Shown: positions 1-9,588, counted from the stretch's first letter. The stretch: 64,000 nucleotides of DNA from an uncultured Gemmatimonadales bacterium (GCA_963695555.1 CAVOGR010000007.1:206139-270138), one strand, 5' to 3'. Notes: generated by a model from the letters alone, not told the origin. Made by a program: numbers and translations.

Positions 1-512
1 CGACTCATGATGAATCTCCACACGAGGAAGCGGTGCACGCGGCGGGGCCCGCCGAGCGGGTCACCCTCCAATCCGAGAAGGAATGCACTGGATACGATGA
101 AAGAACCATGAAGCAGCGGTGAATCCACTCAGAGAATTCGCCCCTTAGCAAGAACCTGACGGACGAAGGAGAGGCGCGAACTCGTTGACGCGAGGACACA
201 AGTCACCGCGCCGAGAACCGGGCACAAAGGCGGGCTCGGCGGGCGGCTCCGGCGACAGGATCATAACTTAACCGGGTCGGGGCCGGCATAGGCCGGGACC
301 CAGGCGGATCCATGGCCTCCGGGCTGCCAAACCAGGCAGCTCACCGGCGCCCGCTTGCGACTACCCCCGCTAGTTAAGCATACGTCTGCCTCTACTCGTC
401 CGTTTCAGCACGAAATGTTGCGTTGGAAGTGGCCCACGTAAGCAATGAGGCATGAGGGCATTCGCTTTATGCGCTCTAAACGCTGGCCCCACGGCCGACA
501 TCCAATGGGTAG

Positions 513-1094
513 ATGCCCGTGAGCGCGAGATCCAGGGATTCCAAGCCCGAGGCCGGCAGGGCCGCCTCATCGACCCCCGACGTCCCTGCCCTGGTGGCGC
601 GGGTGCAGGCGGGGGAGATCGAGGCATTTGAGCCGCTCTACCGACATCATGTCGATCGGGTCTACGCCCTCTGCCTGCGCATGACCGGGCACACAGGTCG
701 GGCGAAGGAACTGACTCAAGATGTGTTCGTGCGATGCTGGGAGCGAATCGGAAGTTTCCGCGGCGACAGTGCATTCGGAACCTGGCTCCATCGAGTTGCA
801 GTCAACCTCGTCCTCGAGCAGCACCGGGCCACGGCACGCCGCGAAAGGCGGGTGGAGCCGCGAGCCGACCTGGAGAACTTGCCGCATGTGGCGCTCTCCG
901 GAACAGAGGACCAGCGACTGGATCTGGAGGCCGCCATCCAGACCCTGCCGCCGAAGGCCAGACAGGTCTTCGTGCTCCACGACATCGAGGGCTACACCCA
1001 TGATGAGATTGCCCGCTTCACAGGCTCGGCGCCGGGAACGATGCGGGCGCATCTCCACCGCGCACGCCAGCTGCTAATGAAGAGGCTATCATGA
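513..1094 (+). CDS. ECF-type RNA polymerase sigma factor (sigma-70 family group 4)
   Basis: 193-aa ORF. Region 2-like FEPLYRHHVDRVYALCLRM...DVFVRCWERIGSF and region 4 HTH HDIEGYTHDEIARFTGSAPGTMRAHLHRARQLL. Its stop overlaps the next start (ATGA at 1091-1094). Confidence 0.9.
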   Translation: MPVSARSRDSKPEAGRAASSTPDVPALVARVQAGEIEAFEPLYRHHVDRVYALCLRMTGHTGRAKELTQDVFVRCWERIGSFRGDSAFGTWLHRVAVNLVLEQHRATARRERRVEPRADLENLPHVALSGTEDQRLDLEAAIQTLPPKARQVFVLHDIEGYTHDEIARFTGSAPGTMRAHLHRARQLLMKRLS

Positions 1095-1765
1095 CGCCCC
1101 ACCTGCGGGACGAAGAACTCCACGACCTGGTCGATGGAGTACTGCCAGAGGCCGGACGGCAGACTGTCGACGCGCACATAGCTTCCTGCCTGGAGTGCAG
1201 CGAGCGGGTCGAGCGGCTGAGACGGCTCCTGGCCATGGCGCGGGAGGCACCGCGCGGAGTCGCCCCGCCAGACGACTGGTGGCCGGCCATCCGCAGCACG
1301 ATCAACCAGCGGAAGATCGTCCCGCTCGGGGCTGTTCCGAACCAGCCTTCCCGGCCATGGTGGACGAGGCCGTGGGCCTTGGCCGCCGCCGCCATGCTGT
1401 TGGTCGCGGTGTCGGCCGCCGTCACCGCAATCGTGCTCCGGCCGCCGCCGCAGGTCCCGATTGCACGTGCGTCGGATTCCGGGTTCAGCGTACCATCGGT
1501 CTCCCCTCGCTTGGCCACCATGACTGCCAACTATGAGGGACTGACCCGGCAACTCTTAATCGACTTCGACAGCCGGCGCGCCGCACTCCCCCCCGCGGCC
1601 GTGGCCCAGGTCGAGCAGAACCTGCGAGTCATCGACATAGCTATCAGTGAGATCGTGACCGTGCTCCAAGCCGAGCCGGACAATGACGTTCTGCTCGAAT
1701 TGCTGGACACATCCTATCGACAGAAGGTGGCGGTATTGGAACACGCCACGGAGTCGGTGTCATGA
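1091..1765 (+). CDS. anti-sigma factor with N-terminal zf-HC2 motif and one TM helix
   Basis: H-x3-C-x2-C motif (HIASCLECSERV) near the N-terminus and a central hydrophobic helix (WALAAAAMLLVAVSAAVTAIVL). Translationally coupled to the sigma factor. Confidence 0.75.
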   Translation: MTPHLRDEELHDLVDGVLPEAGRQTVDAHIASCLECSERVERLRRLLAMAREAPRGVAPPDDWWPAIRSTINQRKIVPLGAVPNQPSRPWWTRPWALAAAAMLLVAVSAAVTAIVLRPPPQVPIARASDSGFSVPSVSPRLATMTANYEGLTRQLLIDFDSRRAALPPAAVAQVEQNLRVIDIAISEIVTVLQAEPDNDVLLELLDTSYRQKVAVLEHATESVS

Positions 1766-2646
1766 ATCTGTCCCGGGCAGCCATCGGCGTGACGGTCGCG
1801 GGCATCGCGTTCGGGGGTGGGCCGACCCTGACGCGCGCGCAGGAACGCATCGATCGCGGGCATCCTGCGGCGCATGATGTCCGGCTCAAGGTCTGGGCCC
1901 CGGCCGGCTCGGTCCGACTCGAGGCCTGGGACCGTGACTCCCTCCAGATTCGAGGCACCGTCGACCAGGGGAAGCTGTTCGCGGGCGGCGGGCGCGACGC
2001 GATGAAGGTGGCGGTTGAGGACCCCACAGGGGCGAATCTCTCGCCTGTGGCCGACCTGGTGATTCGAGTTCCACGCGGCGCCCAAGTCTCCGTCAAGACC
2101 GTGACCGGCGCGATCGAAGCCGTCGATGTGACCGGCTGGTATAACTCAGTGAGCGGGAGTATCCGGCTCCGCGGCGCGGCACGGCGGCTCGAAGCCGAGA
2201 GCCTGGACGGCGACATCACGCTTCAGGCCGAAGCCCCATGGGTGCGGGTACGCACCGGGAGCGGTACCCTCACCATCGAGGGACGGTACCGCGATCTCCT
2301 GGCGTCCAGCGTCAGCGGACCGATCCGTGTCGTGAACAAGGAAGTCGAACGGGGCCGTCTCGAATCGGTTACTGGAGACATCCACTATTTCGGCCGGTTT
2401 CGGGCCGGTGGATCGGTGGATTTCGACAGTCACAGCGGCACGATTACGCTCGAGCTGCCGGCGGAGATGGCCGGCCGGCTCGACCTCACCTCGGTGAGCG
2501 GCTCCATCGACAATCAGTTCACCGCGGATCGGCCGTCCAAGACTGCCACGGGAGCGGGCCAGCGGCTGGACCTCACCCGCGGATCGGGCGGTGTAACCAT
2601 CACGGTCCGATCGTTCAAGGGCACGATCCGCCTGTTGCGAATGTGA
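1762..2646 (+). CDS. DUF4097-like beta-strand-repeat protein (putative adhesin fold)
   Basis: Repeated G(S/D)I..-type strands (SGSIRL, DGDITL, SGTLTI, SGPIRV, TGDIHY, SGTITL, SGSIDN, GGVTI). ATGA overlap with the anti-sigma gene. Confidence 0.6.
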   Translation: MNLSRAAIGVTVAGIAFGGGPTLTRAQERIDRGHPAAHDVRLKVWAPAGSVRLEAWDRDSLQIRGTVDQGKLFAGGGRDAMKVAVEDPTGANLSPVADLVIRVPRGAQVSVKTVTGAIEAVDVTGWYNSVSGSIRLRGAARRLEAESLDGDITLQAEAPWVRVRTGSGTLTIEGRYRDLLASSVSGPIRVVNKEVERGRLESVTGDIHYFGRFRAGGSVDFDSHSGTITLELPAEMAGRLDLTSVSGSIDNQFTADRPSKTATGAGQRLDLTRGSGGVTITVRSFKGTIRLLRM

Positions 2647-2715
2647 GAAAGCGTCGCGGCTAAACACCGGAGCATCCGGCGGCATCTCATTGACGACACC
2701 CACTCAGGAGCTTCC

Positions 2716-3234
2716 ATGTCACGCACCACAATTGCTGCACTCAGTATCGCCGGGTTGCTGCTTGCGCTGCCTCTCATCGGGGCGGCGGCTACCAAGCCCT
2801 ACGGACCGCCCTGGATCGCCGTCGAGTTGCCCGCCAACCCGCTGAACCCCGCAACCCGCGGTGCGGCGCTCGTGGTCCGCACCTACCGCCACGCTACACC
2901 CGAGCCAATGCCCTTGCGCGGCACGGCCGAGGGCCTCGTCCGGACCGAGCGGCGCTCGATCCCGCTCGAATTTGAATCCACCACCCAGCCCGGCGTGTAC
3001 CGGGTCGATCAGAGCTGGCCGGCCGAGGGCAGCTGGATCATCGCTATTTCCGCGGGTGATGATGCGAATATGGTGATCGAATTGGGGGGCAGCGATGGTG
3101 GGGTGAGCCGGGCCTCGTATTACGGCCAGTCAGCGACCGGCCTCGCCATCCGCTCGATTCGGACCAACCAGGGCCGGCTTTCGATGCAGGGCATCGACCG
3201 GGGTCTCAAGGCACTCGCGCTCGCAGGCGAGTAG
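2716..3234 (+). CDS. secreted hypothetical protein
   Basis: 172-aa ORF with an N-terminal signal-like segment (IAALSIAGLLLALPLIGAAA). No family recognised. Confidence 0.45.
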   Translation: MSRTTIAALSIAGLLLALPLIGAAATKPYGPPWIAVELPANPLNPATRGAALVVRTYRHATPEPMPLRGTAEGLVRTERRSIPLEFESTTQPGVYRVDQSWPAEGSWIIAISAGDDANMVIELGGSDGGVSRASYYGQSATGLAIRSIRTNQGRLSMQGIDRGLKALALAGE

Positions 3235-3256
3235 CAGGCGCGCCGGTCCGACGACA

Positions 3257-3295
3257 GTGAGGCGAATCCGCTTGATGGGTTCGCCTCACTTGTTG
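3257..3295. terminator. hairpin between convergent genes (possible bidirectional terminator)
   Basis: 10-bp stem GTGAGGCGAA / TTCGCCTCAC (3257-3266 / 3280-3289) followed by TTGTTG. Overlaps the stop codon of the minus-strand gene. Confidence 0.4.
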
Positions 3296-3798
3296 ATCCT
3301 CACGTAGTAATAGACCGCGACATTGCGGGGCCGGGTCTCGGCAGCGCCGTAGGTCGCTGACGCGACGTCGATGCCGGCCGTGCCAGCCGGCCCTGATTTT
3401 CGGGACGAAATACCGCCCGCTCCGCGGCCGCGTGCCGCATGCACGGGGTGAGCGTGGGCCTTGAGTCCGTCGGGTTGCCAACTGCCGGCCACTCGTCCGG
3501 CGCCGTTCGGATCGCCCTCGCCCTCGTGACGCTGCCCCATCGCTTCATCGAAGCGGTTGAGGCCTCGTAGGAAGACACCACGGAGGTCAACCGCCACCGG
3601 CTCGTCGCGGCCATTGCGCGGCAGCGTCCAGTTGCGCTGCTCGGCTTTGCGGGCCAGATCCGACTCCTCGATGCTTCGAGAATCGGCCGGTGCCCACCGG
3701 CTGCGCGCCGGCTCGAAGGGGAACGGATCGCCCACTTCCCGGGCGTAGGCCTCGGGGTCGAGCATCGAGGCAATGATGGTTCCGAGGGGAACGGCCAT
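3286..3798 (-). CDS. phage tail-collar-domain-like protein
   Basis: 170 aa. Collar-like pattern DLRGVFLRGLN ... GSWQPDGLKAHAHP and C-terminal ETRPRNVAVYYYVRI, as in tail-fibre/collar-domain proteins. Isolated gene with no other phage genes nearby. Confidence 0.45.
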   Translation of the reverse strand: MAVPLGTIIASMLDPEAYAREVGDPFPFEPARSRWAPADSRSIEESDLARKAEQRNWTLPRNGRDEPVAVDLRGVFLRGLNRFDEAMGQRHEGEGDPNGAGRVAGSWQPDGLKAHAHPVHAARGRGAGGISSRKSGPAGTAGIDVASATYGAAETRPRNVAVYYYVRINK

Positions 3799-3955
3799 GA
3801 ATGTCCTCCACCTGATTCTTGATGACGCAGCGCGGCCTCGTCACAGCCCCGCAACTGGCATAATGGACGGGATTCCTCCGGAACGCTACATTCACACCGG
3901 GCTCACGGGCGGTCCCGAGGCCGCGCAGTTTCGATTGCACGTTAAGGAGGAACGC

Positions 3956-4207
3956 ATGGCAGGATCGATCACGGTCGAGCGTTTGGTCCAGGAGCTCGAG
4001 AAACTCAAGACCCAGATGGATGCCGGGGAGCTCAAGCACAGCGAGTACGACCAGCGCTTGTCGCGGGTCATCTCTGAGCTGCGCGAGCGCGGCATCGATG
4101 CGGACCGGGCTGCGATCACGGCGGCGCTGGATGGGCTGCTTCAGAAGGGCACTATTGTCCCATCGGTCAAGCAACACCTCGAGAAGCGGCTGGGCTTGAC
4201 GTCGTAG
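3956..4207 (+). CDS. small hypothetical protein (SHOCT-like helical)
   Basis: ATG at 3956 preceded by AAGGAGG (3943-3949). 83 aa, MAGSITVERLVQELEKLKTQMDAGELKHSEYDQRLSRV... The longer ORF from 3773 looks like an upstream extension. Confidence 0.5.
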   Translation: MAGSITVERLVQELEKLKTQMDAGELKHSEYDQRLSRVISELRERGIDADRAAITAALDGLLQKGTIVPSVKQHLEKRLGLTS

Positions 4208-4218
4208 ACGACGCGACG

Positions 4219-4425
4219 ATGAACGACGAGACGTTCAACGTGACCCTCCGGCCATTCCTCAAGCAGTTCGGCATTACCGGCCAGCGCGAGATCGAGAAGG
4301 CGGTGGACCGGGCGCTCGCGTCCAGGTAGCTCACCGGGTCCGAGACGCTCCGGGCCCGGGCTCGCCTCGAAATCGGGGGACTTGCGCTCGAGACGGTGGT
4401 GGAGGGAGACATCAGTCTGTCCTAG
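4219..4425 (+). pseudogene. DUF6494-like small protein interrupted by an in-frame TAG (4327-4329)
   Basis: MNDETFNVTLRPFLKQFGITGQREIEKAVDRALASR*LTGSETLRARARLEIGGLALETVVEGDISLS. Both halves match the family pattern as I remember it. The stop sits where a Lys/Gln-type codon would be expected. Confidence 0.35.
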
Positions 4426-4731
4426 GCCACTGGGCAGACGCCGGTGCCTCGCTGGACGCCGTACACACCACAAAGCGGCGCGAGGCGCCCAGAATCGACC
4501 AGTTTCCGGTCGCTATCGACTAGCCTGTCGACAACGCGCGCGAAGTGCAACATTCCGCATAGCCTTGCGGGGGCACTTGCCGTGTTGCACAACAGCAGCA
4601 CTGCCCCCTTTGCTCACCAGTCCGAGCGTTACCTCTAAACCACCAGTGCAGTAGGGTTAGCTGGACTGAGACCCTGGCACGCCCGTTGCTCTACCTACTG
4701 CCGAGGATTCTCTCGCCGGCAGAGGGTGTGA

Positions 4732-6531
4732 ATGACGGATTCCCGAACACTCAGGAAACGAACCGGGGCGCTGGGGCTCGACCAGGGCGGATTCGCTCTG
4801 GAGGCCACCATCTTCGTGCTGGTGCTCATGTCCGCCCTGACGATGGTGGCGGTGGTGGGGGTAGTCACCGCGACCCGGACGGCCAATTACGACTACCGCT
4901 ATACGCAAGTCTCCTTTGCAGCCGAGGCGGGCGCGGACGCCATTATGGCCCAATTAGAGGACGCCATCCACGACGGGGCCATTACCGACGCGGAGCTGGC
5001 CGCCATCGTCCCGCCGAGCATCCCCGGCTTCACCTTCAGCGCGGTGAACGCCAACCGCCTGGGAGGGGTCCAAGTCCAGTCGATCACGGACGGCCCGTTC
5101 GCAGGTCTGTACGCGCTCACCCAATTCATCGACATCTTCTCCGAGGTCCGGGATCCGATCGACAACTCGGCTGCCGCGATCGTAACGGCCAAAGCCCAGT
5201 CGATTCCCATCTTCCAATTCGGCGTGTTCTACGAAAAGGACCTGGAAATCACCAACGGACCGCCGCTCGACTTCGAGGGATGGGTCCACTCCAACGGCAA
5301 CATCTACCTGAGCTCTAACAACGCGTGGTATCGCGAAGTCATCACCACGCCGAACAAGGTGTTTCACGACCGGAAGGATTTCCACAACATCCTGAACGGT
5401 GTCTTCATCAACGACGCCGTCGGCACCGAGGTACCGCTCGATTTCGACAGCCGGAGCCATCCGACTCCGGCCGGGTTCATGACCGAGAGCCATGCCAAGT
5501 TCGACGACCGGCTGAAGACCGGTGCGTACGGGGTGGACACGCTCCGCGTACCGCTGCCGAACGGCTTCCCGCCGGCGGAAATCGTGGCGCCCCGGCGGGT
5601 CACCGATGGGGCGATCGAGCGGCGAGCCAAGTTTTCGTGGAAAGCCGACTGGGCAATTACCATCGATCTCGCCGGCCTCAACAACCCAGCGGACAACCTG
5701 TGCGCGGTCCTGGCGTCGATCCGGGACGGTGGCGAGCAAGTTCCGTCCGGGATCGACTGCGACACCATCTTCCGCTTCACGTGGGATGCCTGGTTCGAGG
5801 GCCGTGAGAAGCGCTACGTCGACGTGCTGAACATCGATCTGCAGCAGCTGTTCAACTGGGTGGGCGGCAACCCGAGCCGTATGACCCAGATTCTGCACGT
5901 CACCTTTACCGGAACGGGCTACGATCCGAAGGGCGACGGGAACTTCCCGGTGGTCCGGCTGGTGAACGGCGACCAGATCGGCAACCCGTTCACATTCTCC
6001 ACCGACTACCCGCTCTACGTCCAGGGACACTACAACCGCACCAACTGGAAGCCGTCGGCCCTGACCGGCGACGCCATCACGATGCTCTCGAACGCCTGGA
6101 ACGACGCCCAGCACCAGTGCACCACCTACACTCCTGCGGCGCTCACCCCGGCGACCATCTGCGGCGGCTTCGTCCAGCGCCCGGCGGCCGCCACCCAAGT
6201 GTGGGCCGCGGTGCTGGCCGGCCATACCCCGACCCCGTGCGACCACGAGCTTCCGGGGTGCCCCGGCGGATACGCGGATTTCTACGGCGGCGGCGTCGAG
6301 AACTTCCCGCGCTTCCTGGAGAACTGGAGCGGGGTCACGCTGACCTACCGCGGCTCGCTGGTGTCGCTCCACTTCTCGGCCAAGGCGGTCGGCACCTGGA
6401 ACGGCACCTACTATACCCCGCCGACCCGGGACTGGCGGTTCGAGACCCGGTTCCACGACCCCGCCAACCTCCCGCCGGGCACCCCGGTGGTCGGGAACGT
6501 CATTCACACGGCCTTCCGGCCGGTGTACTGA
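4732..6531 (+). CDS. large PilX-like pilus assembly protein (N-terminal PilX-type hydrophobic segment)
   Basis: 599 aa. N-terminus GGFALEATIFVLVLMSALTMVAVVGVV followed by ANYDYRY. First gene of the minor-pilin cluster. Confidence 0.55.
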   Translation: MTDSRTLRKRTGALGLDQGGFALEATIFVLVLMSALTMVAVVGVVTATRTANYDYRYTQVSFAAEAGADAIMAQLEDAIHDGAITDAELAAIVPPSIPGFTFSAVNANRLGGVQVQSITDGPFAGLYALTQFIDIFSEVRDPIDNSAAAIVTAKAQSIPIFQFGVFYEKDLEITNGPPLDFEGWVHSNGNIYLSSNNAWYREVITTPNKVFHDRKDFHNILNGVFINDAVGTEVPLDFDSRSHPTPAGFMTESHAKFDDRLKTGAYGVDTLRVPLPNGFPPAEIVAPRRVTDGAIERRAKFSWKADWAITIDLAGLNNPADNLCAVLASIRDGGEQVPSGIDCDTIFRFTWDAWFEGREKRYVDVLNIDLQQLFNWVGGNPSRMTQILHVTFTGTGYDPKGDGNFPVVRLVNGDQIGNPFTFSTDYPLYVQGHYNRTNWKPSALTGDAITMLSNAWNDAQHQCTTYTPAALTPATICGGFVQRPAAATQVWAAVLAGHTPTPCDHELPGCPGGYADFYGGGVENFPRFLENWSGVTLTYRGSLVSLHFSAKAVGTWNGTYYTPPTRDWRFETRFHDPANLPPGTPVVGNVIHTAFRPVY

Positions 6532-6534
6532 GGC

Positions 6535-7104
6535 GTGGCACTCGTGACCGAATCGCGGAGGGGCTTCACCCTGGTCGAAGCGGTGACCGTGATGGTGGTG
6601 ATGGGCCTCATGCTGGCCATCGGCATCCCCTACCTTCGGGTCAGCCCGTACCAGGAGGTGCGGAGCGCCGGGCTGCAACTGGCGCGTGACCTCGAGGCGG
6701 TCCGCACCCGCGCCCTCGCCACTCGCAGCACCGCCCGGATCGTGTTCGATGCTGCGGGCGGGAGCTACACCGGGTTCCTCGACGACGACCGGGACGGAGT
6801 GCTCACCGAGAGCTCGGTGGAACAGAGCGCGCTGCGCGCCTTTGCCGGCAATCGTGCGCTGGGAAGCAGCGTCACCTTCGGAAGCGGCGTCGCCGGGCCG
6901 GTGCCGACCGACACTGCGACGGGCCCGATCACCTTCATCAATGACCGGGTGGAATTCGACGGCCGCGGGGTGACCACACCGTTCGGCACGCGTGGGGTGG
7001 TCTACTTGGTCAATCAGCGCGAGCCGACCGCGGTCGCGGCCGTTGCCGTATCGGGCGCCGGGTCGCTCAAGCTCTGGGTCTACCGGGAGGGAGCATGGCA
7101 GTGA
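6535..7104 (+). CDS. GspH/FimT-family minor pilin (prepilin-type N-terminal cleavage/methylation domain)
   Basis: RRG|FTLVEAVTVMVVMGLMLAIGIP prepilin motif with Glu at +5. 189 aa. Confidence 0.7.
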   Translation: MALVTESRRGFTLVEAVTVMVVMGLMLAIGIPYLRVSPYQEVRSAGLQLARDLEAVRTRALATRSTARIVFDAAGGSYTGFLDDDRDGVLTESSVEQSALRAFAGNRALGSSVTFGSGVAGPVPTDTATGPITFINDRVEFDGRGVTTPFGTRGVVYLVNQREPTAVAAVAVSGAGSLKLWVYREGAWQ

Positions 7105-7478
7105 GGAAGGATGCCGGTTTCAGCTTGATCGCGGTACTGGTCGCGATCGTGTTGCTCTCTATCGGGCTGCTCGCGATCTCGCGCGCAAGCACCCAAGTCC
7201 TGGCCATGCATACGTCCGCGGCCTCGCGCTCGGCAGGGCTCGCGGTGGCCCGAACCCACATGGAGACCCTCCGGAGCCAAGATCCGGCCACCATCGTCTC
7301 GCAGAGCGAGGTGGCCGTGGACGCCGAGGGGCAACTGGATGCCTCCGGTCCGTTTCATCGGACCGTCGTGGTCGACAGCGTCTCCCACAACCTGAAGGCC
7401 ATCCGCGTTCGGGTGACGTGGCCGCGCGCCAGCGCCCCCGTCGAGCTCGTCACGATGGCCTTCTTCAGCATCGAGTAG
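7095..7478 (+). CDS. PilV-like minor pilin
   Basis: DAG|FSLIAVLVAIVLLSIGLL N-terminus (Ala rather than Glu at +5). 127 aa. Overlaps the upstream gene by 10 nt. Confidence 0.55.
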   Translation: MAVRKDAGFSLIAVLVAIVLLSIGLLAISRASTQVLAMHTSAASRSAGLAVARTHMETLRSQDPATIVSQSEVAVDAEGQLDASGPFHRTVVVDSVSHNLKAIRVRVTWPRASAPVELVTMAFFSIE

Positions 7479-7486
7479 TGACCCTC

Positions 7487-8416
7487 ATGCCGTCACCCGT
7501 CGCGGGTCGCCGCGGATTTACCCTGGTGGAGATTCTGATCTCCCTGGTCATCGGGTTGATCGTGATCGGCGCCGCGATGACCTTTGCCGTCAACACGGTG
7601 CGCAGCGTCGAAGCCACCGGACTCCGCGAGGGCGTCACGCGCAACTCGCGCTTCATGGCGATGTCGCTCGAGCGCGATTTCACTGGAACGGGTGTCGGAA
7701 TCGAAAGCACCATCGCCTACGGGTCGGTGCGGGTGCGGGGCGACACGCTGCTGGTCCTCGGGGTGCCGTTCGACAGCGTGATGTCGCCGCCGTATGACCT
7801 GATTCCACCGCCAGCCGCCACCAATCCCCTGCCGGCCGGCGGCACCTGTGGCGCCACGTGCCTCGACCTGATGAAGGCCGCCGACAGCACGTTCGACCTT
7901 CAGGTCGGGGACATCGGCCGACTGCAGGTCGGCGGAGAGCGGCGGCTGCTCCGCGTCGAGAGCATGACGTCGAACGATACAGCAGTCCAGCTCGCCTTCA
8001 CGCCGCTTCCCGAGATCTTCCTTCACCCGGCGAGCCTCTCGGGTGGCCTCTTGCTCGATCCCTACAACACCTACGTGCAGAAGCTCGAGCCGGTGGCCTA
8101 TTGGGTGGAGTCCGGAAACCTCATGCGGGCGACCAGGGTCGAGGGCAGTGGTTCATTCAAGGGCGAGGTCGTAGCGGACGGAATCCAGTCGTGGGAGGTC
8201 AGTCTCATCTTCCAGGACGGGGACGAGCTGGACAACGCCGACCCGACGGACGGCGACCCGACCAATGATTACGACGATATCCTGTCGATCAGAATCCGTG
8301 CCGTCGTGGCCGCCAATCGGGTGGATCGCCACGTGAATGCGGGTACGCTGTTTACCCGGTCGTACGATTGGCGCTTCACGCCGCGAAACCTCATGTACGA
8401 GCGTAACCGGCGCTAA
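7487..8416 (+). CDS. PilW-like minor pilin
   Basis: Internal ATG at 7487 gives MPSPVAGRRG|FTLVEILISLVIGLIVIGAAMTF. The part of the track ORF upstream (from 6992) overlaps two other genes and is Arg/Gly-rich shadow sequence. Confidence 0.6.
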   Translation: MPSPVAGRRGFTLVEILISLVIGLIVIGAAMTFAVNTVRSVEATGLREGVTRNSRFMAMSLERDFTGTGVGIESTIAYGSVRVRGDTLLVLGVPFDSVMSPPYDLIPPPAATNPLPAGGTCGATCLDLMKAADSTFDLQVGDIGRLQVGGERRLLRVESMTSNDTAVQLAFTPLPEIFLHPASLSGGLLLDPYNTYVQKLEPVAYWVESGNLMRATRVEGSGSFKGEVVADGIQSWEVSLIFQDGDELDNADPTDGDPTNDYDDILSIRIRAVVAANRVDRHVNAGTLFTRSYDWRFTPRNLMYERNRR

Positions 8417-8589
8417 GGGGCGCTGAGCGCCGGTTGCAGGGTTGGCTCCGCGACGTCGCCTCGAGTCCTGGGGCTTCCGAGGAGCGGACGCTCCGATCGA
8501 GGCGGTGGCCTCGTGTTGCGTCACGAGCCGAATCGCGGTTCGGCTATTGCGCAACCCGGCCGGGGCATTACCTTTTAGAGGCTTGATGC

Positions 8590-8796
8590 ACCCAAGGGGT
8601 GCGCGCTGAGAACCGGAGATATCTGTTACAGAGGGATCTGGCTCGGAGCTGGATCCCTCGTTCTGTTTCAAGTGTTAGGCCGATCGTTTCACAAGTGGAT
8701 CGGCAGCCTGCTACGAGGCCTTATCGTGGCGAATATGTCTCGGTGGTGCGGAATCTCCGAACTCCGACGACAGCTTTTATCAAGAGGAGTACGAGT
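8590..8796 (+). promoter_or_regulatory. long structured cspA-type 5' leader (copy 1)
   Basis: Shares blocks with the leader of the second csp gene. These include the hairpin GAGGGATCTGGCTC(G/A)G(A/C)GCTGGATCCCTC and the GGCAGCCTGC and CAAGAGGAGTACG blocks just before the ATG. Confidence 0.5.
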
Positions 8797-9006
8797 ATGC
8801 GTACCACCGGAACCGTCAAGTGGTTCAACGACGCCAAGGGATTTGGCTTCATCACCCCCGAGAATGGCGAGAAGGACTGCTTCGTGCACCACTCGGCGAT
8901 TCAGGCAGAGGGCTTCAAGTCTCTGTCCGAGGGCGACAAGGTCGAGTTCGACGTGACCCAGGGCCAAAAGGGCCCGGCCGCGGAAAACGTCGTCAAGATC
9001 AGCTAA
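8797..9006 (+). CDS. cspA: cold-shock protein, CspA family
   Basis: [56 protein letters not shown]1/RNP2 motifs (KGFGFI, VFVHH-like). GAGGAG RBS. Confidence 0.95.
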   Translation: MRTTGTVKWFNDAKGFGFITPENGEKDCFVHHSAIQAEGFKSLSEGDKVEFDVTQGQKGPAAENVVKIS

Positions 9007-9045
9007 CGACTGATTGAGCGTCCCCGAACAGGGGAAGCAAAGGGA

Positions 9046-9075
9046 AGGCCGTCCCGAAGTTCGGGGCGGCCTTTT
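9046..9075 (+). terminator. rho-independent terminator after csp copy 1
   Basis: 11-bp stem AGGCCGTCCCG / CGGGGCGGCCT with a 5-nt loop, followed by TTT. Confidence 0.7.
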
Positions 9076-9164
9076 CCGCGTCCGGATCTGCCGGTGGTTC
9101 ACACCGACCTGAACCCCGGGCCGAGGTATTGCGAAAACAGGCCAGGTCATTAGCTTAGTGCAGC

Positions 9165-9378
9165 TTACCGCGCACCCGGGTACTGTGCGCCTGAGGACCG
9201 AGATACCGCACGAGGGATCTGGCTCAGCGCTGGATCCCTCGTCGCGTAGAGACGTTCCGCCGACCGCGCACTAACGCCGGCTGGCAGCCTGCCGCGGGGC
9301 GTGTCCGCGGCAATGTCGACGGATGGTACGGCAACGCCGGACTCCGAAGACACAGATTCCACCAAGAGGAGTACGGCA
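9165..9378 (+). promoter_or_regulatory. long structured cspA-type 5' leader (copy 2)
   Basis: Same conserved blocks as at 8590-8796 (hairpin GAGGGATC...GATCCCTC at about 9213-9243). Confidence 0.5.
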
Positions 9379-9588
9379 ATGCGCACCACCGGAACCGTCA
9401 AGTGGTTCAACGATGCCAAGGGCTTCGGCTTCATCACCCCCGAGAACGGAGGCAAGGACTGCTTCGTGCATCACTCGGCGATTCAGGCCGAAGGCTTCAA
9501 GTCGCTGTCCGAAGGCGATAAGGTCGAATTCGACGTCGTCCAAGGGCAGAAGGGCCCGGCGGCGGAGAACGTGGTCAAGGTCAGCTAA
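9379..9588 (+). CDS. cspA: cold-shock protein, CspA family (paralogue)
   Basis: [56 protein letters not shown]. Nearly identical to copy 1. Confidence 0.95.
   Translation: MRTTGTVKWFNDAKGFGFITPENGGKDCFVHHSAIQAEGFKSLSEGDKVEFDVVQGQKGPAAENVVKVS

Noticed and set aside
1-512. A 500-nt region with no convincing ORF and many GC-rich hairpins (for example GGGTCGGGGCCGGCATAGGCCGGGACCC at about 275-302). I considered tmRNA, RNase P RNA, SRP RNA and 6S RNA.
   Set aside because: I could not find the diagnostic elements on either strand. There is no GGUUCGA-type T-arm with CCA end, no tag reading frame ending in hydrophobic residues, no GAGGAAAGUCC for RNase P and no SRP domain IV motif. It may be a structured leader or an unknown ncRNA, but this is unsupported. 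A covariance-model scan (Rfam/Infernal) would settle it.
4954-6678. Very long antisense or alternative-frame ORFs. Examples: 4954-6678 (-), 22391-24532 (-), 31369-32625 (-), 15794-17110 (+), 49501-50757 (+), 26011-27177 (-), and the upstream part of 19202-21232 (-).
   Set aside because: They fully overlap genes with clear family signatures on the other strand or frame. They are Arg/Gly/Pro-rich with no recognisable motifs. This is the usual shadow-ORF effect of high G+C, where stop codons are scarce.
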